From Candidatus Hydrothermales bacterium (lineage in GTDB: Bacteria > Hydrothermota > Hydrothermia > Hydrothermales > JAJRUZ01), in NCBI GenBank assembly GCA_039630575.1, contig JBCNUW010000008.1, forward strand, positions 1 to 64,000: a stretch of DNA of 64,000 nucleotides. The letters run 5' to 3'. The notes beneath the pieces are model-generated. The model made no database searches, was not told where the DNA came from, and saw only the letters and a list, made by a program, of their open reading frames with translations. This document shows positions 60,254-64,000 of this stretch, piece by piece. Positions within the stretch are counted from its first letter, which is position 1. Each line of letters starts with the position of its first letter. Both the position numbers and the translations under genes were made by a program.

Positions 60254-61672
60254 ATGAAAGAAGAATTTAAAGAAATTGAGGAACTTTATCAAAAGTGGGA
60301 AAATGAAGGGAAAAAATCAAAAACTTTTGCAGCTTTAGCTGATGCCTATAGAAAGAGAAAAATGTATGATGAGGCTTTAGCTGTTCTGGAGGAGGGTTTA
60401 AAATTTCATCCTGACTATTCTGTCGCATATTACATAAAGGCAAAGATCCACCTTGAGAGAAATGAGTTAGAGTTGGCAAGAATAAATTTAAATAAGCTTG
60501 TTGAATTAGATGAGAGTCATGTTGTTGGATTAAGACTCTTAGCTGAAACCTGTGAGAAATTGGGTAAAGAACAAGAGGCTCTTTTAGCTTATAAGAAACT
60601 TTACGATCTTGACCCATTGACTTCAGAGGTTGAAGATAAGATAAAAGAATTAGAGGAAAAGTTAATTAAATTGTCTTCAGAGGAGGATAGACTAGGTGAG
60701 AAAGAAGAGAAAGCACCTACATTTCTTACATCTTTTGATGAACCCCTTTTGGATATTCTTGAAGATAAAGATATAATTTCACCTCAAGTTGAGCTTCCTG
60801 AAATTCCGGAAGAGGCAAAGGAAATCTTAAGAGAAATAGAAAATGAGCAAGAGGAAAAGGAGGAGATAAAATTAAAGGAATTCAAATTCGTAGAGGATGT
60901 GCTTGAGAAGAAAACAGAAGGTGAATTCATAAGTCTTGAAGAGTTCAATAAAGAGGAACCTGGGATAAAGGTTGAGGAGGAAAGCCTAATTGAGAAAGAT
61001 ATTTATGAGGAAAAGGAACTTTTAGAAGGAGGTGAAGAAGAAAAAGATAAAGATATTTTGTTAGAGGAGAGTTTATTTGGAGAAATAGAGGAAGAACTAA
61101 TTTCAAAGAGTATTGAAACAGCTAAATTTTTAACAGAGGATTTTGAGGATATAATAAAATCTGAAGATGTAAAGGATATAAAGGGTGTTTTTGAAGAAAA
61201 AGAAGTTATGTTGAGTGGTCATCCTTCAAAGTTTATGGAAGAGTTAAAAGTTCAGGAAAAGGAAGAAGGAAAGGAGGAAGAATTAATTATAGAGGAAAGG
61301 GAGCCACTCTCATTAGGTGAGATTATAAGAGAACCTGAAAGACCCTCTGAGAGTATAGAGGAGATTTTTGTTGAGAAGTCTGCTGAAAAAATAGATTTTG
61401 TTAAATTAATGGAAAAAGAGAAAGAGGAGGTTATTAAATTAGATGAGAAGGTTGAAGAAAAGCAGGAATTCGAAGAGAGGAAAGAGGAAGAAAAAGGTTT
61501 TATAGAAATTCCGGAGGAGGTTAAAGAACTTTTTGAGGATTTAGAGAGAGCAAAGGAAGAGAAAACTTCTGAAGAGCAAACCAGGAAGGAGATTACTGAA
61601 GATGAAAAAATTACAGAGAAAAACTATAGGAGTTTTGTCGAGTGGATTAATTTCCTTAAAAGATCGAGTTAG
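60254..61672 (+). CDS. TPR protein with long acidic low-complexity region
   Basis: FAALADAYRK...GLKFHPDY TPRs; Glu-rich ~300 aa; short C-terminal F.EW helix. Confidence 0.75.
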   Translation: MKEEFKEIEELYQKWENEGKKSKTFAALADAYRKRKMYDEALAVLEEGLKFHPDYSVAYYIKAKIHLERNELELARINLNKLVELDESHVVGLRLLAETCEKLGKEQEALLAYKKLYDLDPLTSEVEDKIKELEEKLIKLSSEEDRLGEKEEKAPTFLTSFDEPLLDILEDKDIISPQVELPEIPEEAKEILREIENEQEEKEEIKLKEFKFVEDVLEKKTEGEFISLEEFNKEEPGIKVEEESLIEKDIYEEKELLEGGEEEKDKDILLEESLFGEIEEELISKSIETAKFLTEDFEDIIKSEDVKDIKGVFEEKEVMLSGHPSKFMEELKVQEKEEGKEEELIIEEREPLSLGEIIREPERPSESIEEIFVEKSAEKIDFVKLMEKEKEEVIKLDEKVEEKQEFEERKEEEKGFIEIPEEVKELFEDLERAKEEKTSEEQTRKEITEDEKITEKNYRSFVEWINFLKRSS

Positions 61673-62717
61673 ATATTTAAGAAAAGTAATAGAGTTAAAT
61701 GAAGCAGATGCATTATTTGTTAACAGTTTGTCAAATGTTTTTTATCTTACCGGTTTTACAGGTTCATCTGGTTATGTTCTTTTGACAAAGAGGAAAAATT
61801 ATTTTATAACAGATTTTCGTTACAAGTTACAGTCAAAAAAGGAAGTGGAGGAAGATTTTGAAATTGTTATAATAAATAAGTTTGACGAAATATTTGAACT
61901 TTTGGGAGAAAGAGAGAAAAATGTTCTTTGTGAGAGGGAGTCTTTCACTTTTGATTTTTATAATAGTTTTAAAAAGAGAAAATTTAAGGTTAAGGTGATT
62001 GCGTCTCCTGTTTTAAATTTGAGGTTATATAAAAGTGAGGATGAAATAGAAAAAATTAGAAAAGCTCAGAGATTCTCTGAAGGTGTTTTAAAGAAAATAC
62101 TAAATATTTTAAAACCTGGTAGGACGAAGGAAAAAGATCTTGCGCTTGAAATTGAGTATATGATAAAAAAAAGAGGTTTAGGCCTTGCTTTCCCACCGAT
62201 TGTAGCATCTGGTGCCCATTCAGCTTTACCTCATGCAAAGCCAAGAAATGTGGTGATAAAGAATGAAACCCCACTTTTGATAGATATGGGAAGTACTTAT
62301 AAAGGTTACAATTCTGATATGACAAGAACCTTTTGGGTTGGTAAAAATCCACCTGATTGGTTTAGAGAAATTTATAAGATAACTTTAGAATCAATTTTAA
62401 TGGTTGAAGAAAAGATAAAAAGGGGTATGAAAGCCAAGGATGTAGATAGTATAGCAAGGGGTTATATTTCTGAAAGGGGATTTGGTGAAAAGTTTGGTCA
62501 TGGGTTAGGACACGGTATAGGAGTTGAAATTCATGAGAAGCCTTCTGTATCTCAGAGAGGTGGCGAAGTTATTGAAAAGGGGCTTGTTTTTACGTTAGAA
62601 CCTGGTATTTATTTAGAAAATAAAGGTGGAGTTAGAATTGAAGATTTAGTTTATATTGATAGAAAGGGTGAGCTTAAAATTTTAACTAAATTTACAAAAA
62701 GGTTGCTGAAAATTTAA
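61602..62717 (+). CDS. Xaa-Pro aminopeptidase (M24B); true start probably slightly downstream
   Basis: YLTGFTGS, TDFRY, ALPHA, DMG..Y.GY.SDMTRT, GHGLGHGIG.EIHE, EPGIY, GGVRIED. Confidence 0.92.
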   Translation: MKKLQRKTIGVLSSGLISLKDRVRYLRKVIELNEADALFVNSLSNVFYLTGFTGSSGYVLLTKRKNYFITDFRYKLQSKKEVEEDFEIVIINKFDEIFELLGEREKNVLCERESFTFDFYNSFKKRKFKVKVIASPVLNLRLYKSEDEIEKIRKAQRFSEGVLKKILNILKPGRTKEKDLALEIEYMIKKRGLGLAFPPIVASGAHSALPHAKPRNVVIKNETPLLIDMGSTYKGYNSDMTRTFWVGKNPPDWFREIYKITLESILMVEEKIKRGMKAKDVDSIARGYISERGFGEKFGHGLGHGIGVEIHEKPSVSQRGGEVIEKGLVFTLEPGIYLENKGGVRIEDLVYIDRKGELKILTKFTKRLLKI

Positions 62718-62720
62718 AAT
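62691..62720 (+). promoter_or_regulatory. Putative sigma70 promoter TTTACA-N18-TAAAAT for efp
   Basis: Hexamer match overlapping end of the peptidase gene. Confidence 0.4.
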
Positions 62721-62765
62721 ATTAAAATCAAAAAGGTTCAAACCCTTAAAAAAATTAATTAAAAA

Positions 62766-63314
62766 ATGCCGGATTTAAGGCGCGGAATGGTAATCAATTT
62801 TGAAGGAAAATTTTATGAAGTTATAGATTTTCAGCACATAATGATGGGTAGAGGGCAGGCTCATATAAAAACTAAGCTGAAAAATATAGAGACTGGACAA
62901 GTAATAGAGAAAACTCTAAGGGAAGCTGATCATTTCGAAGAAGTAGAGTTAAGAGAAAGGGAAGCAACTTTTTCTTATACAGATGGTGAAAATTACATTT
63001 TTTATGATTCAGAAAGATATGAGGAGATTGTTTTATCAGCTGAAAAGATAAGGAATCAACTTTTATATTTAAAAGAGGGTCAGGAAGTTAAGGTACAGTT
63101 TATAAATGAAAAGGCTGTTGGAATAGTTTTACCAACTGCTGTTGTTCTTGAGGTTGTGGAAACTGATCCTGGAATAAGAGGTGATACTGCTTCTGGTGGT
63201 TCAAAGCCTGCAAAGTTAGAAACAGGTCTTGTTGTAAAGGTTCCACTTTATATAAAAGAAGGAGAAAAAATTAAGGTTGATACAAGGACAGGAGAATATA
63301 TTGAAAGGGCATGA
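62766..63314 (+). CDS. efp: Elongation factor P (Arg-type tip loop MGRG)
   Basis: DLRRGM, RGDTASGGSKPAKLETG, VPLYI, DTRTGEYIERA. Confidence 0.96.
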   Translation: MPDLRRGMVINFEGKFYEVIDFQHIMMGRGQAHIKTKLKNIETGQVIEKTLREADHFEEVELREREATFSYTDGENYIFYDSERYEEIVLSAEKIRNQLLYLKEGQEVKVQFINEKAVGIVLPTAVVLEVVETDPGIRGDTASGGSKPAKLETGLVVKVPLYIKEGEKIKVDTRTGEYIERA

Positions 63315-63778
63315 ATGACAAAGATTTAAAGAAGATTGAAAGGTTAATTGAGTTGATGGAAAAAAGTGGTTTAACAGAGTTAGAGATTAAGAAACCCTTT
63401 TTTAGAATTCATTTAAGAAAAAAAGAAAAGGTCGAAAAGCATAAGATAGAAAGGTCAAAAGATGAGGTTGAGACTACTCTGAAGGAGATTAAAAAGGTAG
63501 AGGAGGTAAAAAAGGAGCCTGAAAAGAAAGAGGATAAATTCTACTATGTAACTGCTCCTCTTGTTGGAACATTTTATAGGGCACCTGCTCCGGATGCAGA
63601 GCCTTATGTTGAGGTGGGATCAAAAATAAGACCAGGACAAGTTTTGTGTATTATTGAAGCTATGAAGATAATGAATGAGATAGAATCAGATGTTGAGGGA
63701 GTTGTGAGGGAAATTTTAGTGAAAAATGGTGAGCCAGTTGAGTATGGTCAGAAATTATTTAAAATAGAATTAGTTTAA
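63311..63778 (+). CDS. accB: Biotin carboxyl carrier protein
   Basis: APLVGTFYRAP.P, IIEAMKIMNEI. Confidence 0.95.
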   Translation: MNDKDLKKIERLIELMEKSGLTELEIKKPFFRIHLRKKEKVEKHKIERSKDEVETTLKEIKKVEEVKKEPEKKEDKFYYVTAPLVGTFYRAPAPDAEPYVEVGSKIRPGQVLCIIEAMKIMNEIESDVEGVVREILVKNGEPVEYGQKLFKIELV

Positions 63779-63779
63779 T

Positions 63780-64000
63780 ATGGCTTTAAATTTGAAGTTG
63801 TTATTAAAAAAAATGATCGAAGAAGAAGCATCGGATTTACATCTGAAGGCTGGTTTGCCTCCAGTTTACAGGATACATGGTAAGCTTGTAAAGTTAAATG
63901 TAGAGCCATTGACTCCCAAAGATTTGACTGAAATTGTAAAGATTATAATGACGGAAGAACAGCAGAAAAGATTTCTTTCAAGAAAGGAGATTGATTTTGC
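63780..64000 (+). CDS. pilT: Type IV pilus retraction ATPase PilT/PilU family, partial
   Basis: Not in ORF track. ATG 63780 reads MALNLKLLLKKMIEEEASDLHLKAGLPPVYRIHGKL...EIDF, typical PilT N-terminus. Confidence 0.8.
   Translation, partial: MALNLKLLLKKMIEEEASDLHLKAGLPPVYRIHGKLVKLNVEPLTPKDLTEIVKIIMTEEQQKRFLSRKEIDF

Noticed and set aside
60640..61620. GAA/GAG-rich stretch as a tandem repeat array
   Set aside because: Low-complexity Glu codons with no fixed repeat unit
63198..63208. GGTTCAAAGCC inside efp as another T-loop leader copy
   Set aside because: Encodes the conserved G-S-K-P of EF-P; only a 2-bp stem and ~110 nt from the next start
1..64000. CRISPR arrays, IS elements, prophage, defence systems, rRNA
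   Set aside because: No spaced direct repeats, transposase/integrase/capsid motifs or long non-coding stretches seen by eye

Overview
Very AT-rich, extremely gene-dense bacterial chromosome segment. About 57 CDS, most overlapping or abutting, plus one tRNA-Pro(CGG) and one cobalamin riboswitch. No mobile elements or CRISPR were seen. The content points to a diderm (kdsB, GT9 heptosyltransferase, TonB-dependent receptor), probably thermophilic (K/E-rich proteins), anaerobic peptide/amino-acid fermenter carrying T9SS-type genes (PorU-like C25 sortase, CTD-bearing subtilase). This resembles FCB-adjacent candidate lineages such as WOR-3, which is an inference only. Main blocks: riboswitch-btuB/F/C; ltaE-purF-kdsB-radical SAM-nitroreductase; DUF4388/roadblock-like trio-ruvB-heme-c MCP-gcvT-ricT-aminotransferase; secDF-TPR-TPR-cheD-cheB-DUF58-BatA; a 2-oxoacid oxidoreductase operon with an NAD(P)H flavoprotein inserted inside the delta subunit, followed by a CoA transferase; STAS-PP2C-barrel/TPR-TPR-S8-accC; DGC-spoIID-coaE::Mut7-C-TPR; porU-like; nuoIJKL; pepP-efp-accB-pilT. 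The most unusual non-coding signal is a tRNA T-arm-like hairpin (RGG-TTCNANN-CCY). It recurs, always in sense orientation, in four 5' leaders (secD, porC, CoA-transferase A, efp), three of them lacking a Shine-Dalgarno, in a genome that otherwise appears to use many leaderless transcripts. All calls come from motif recognition; no database searches were run.
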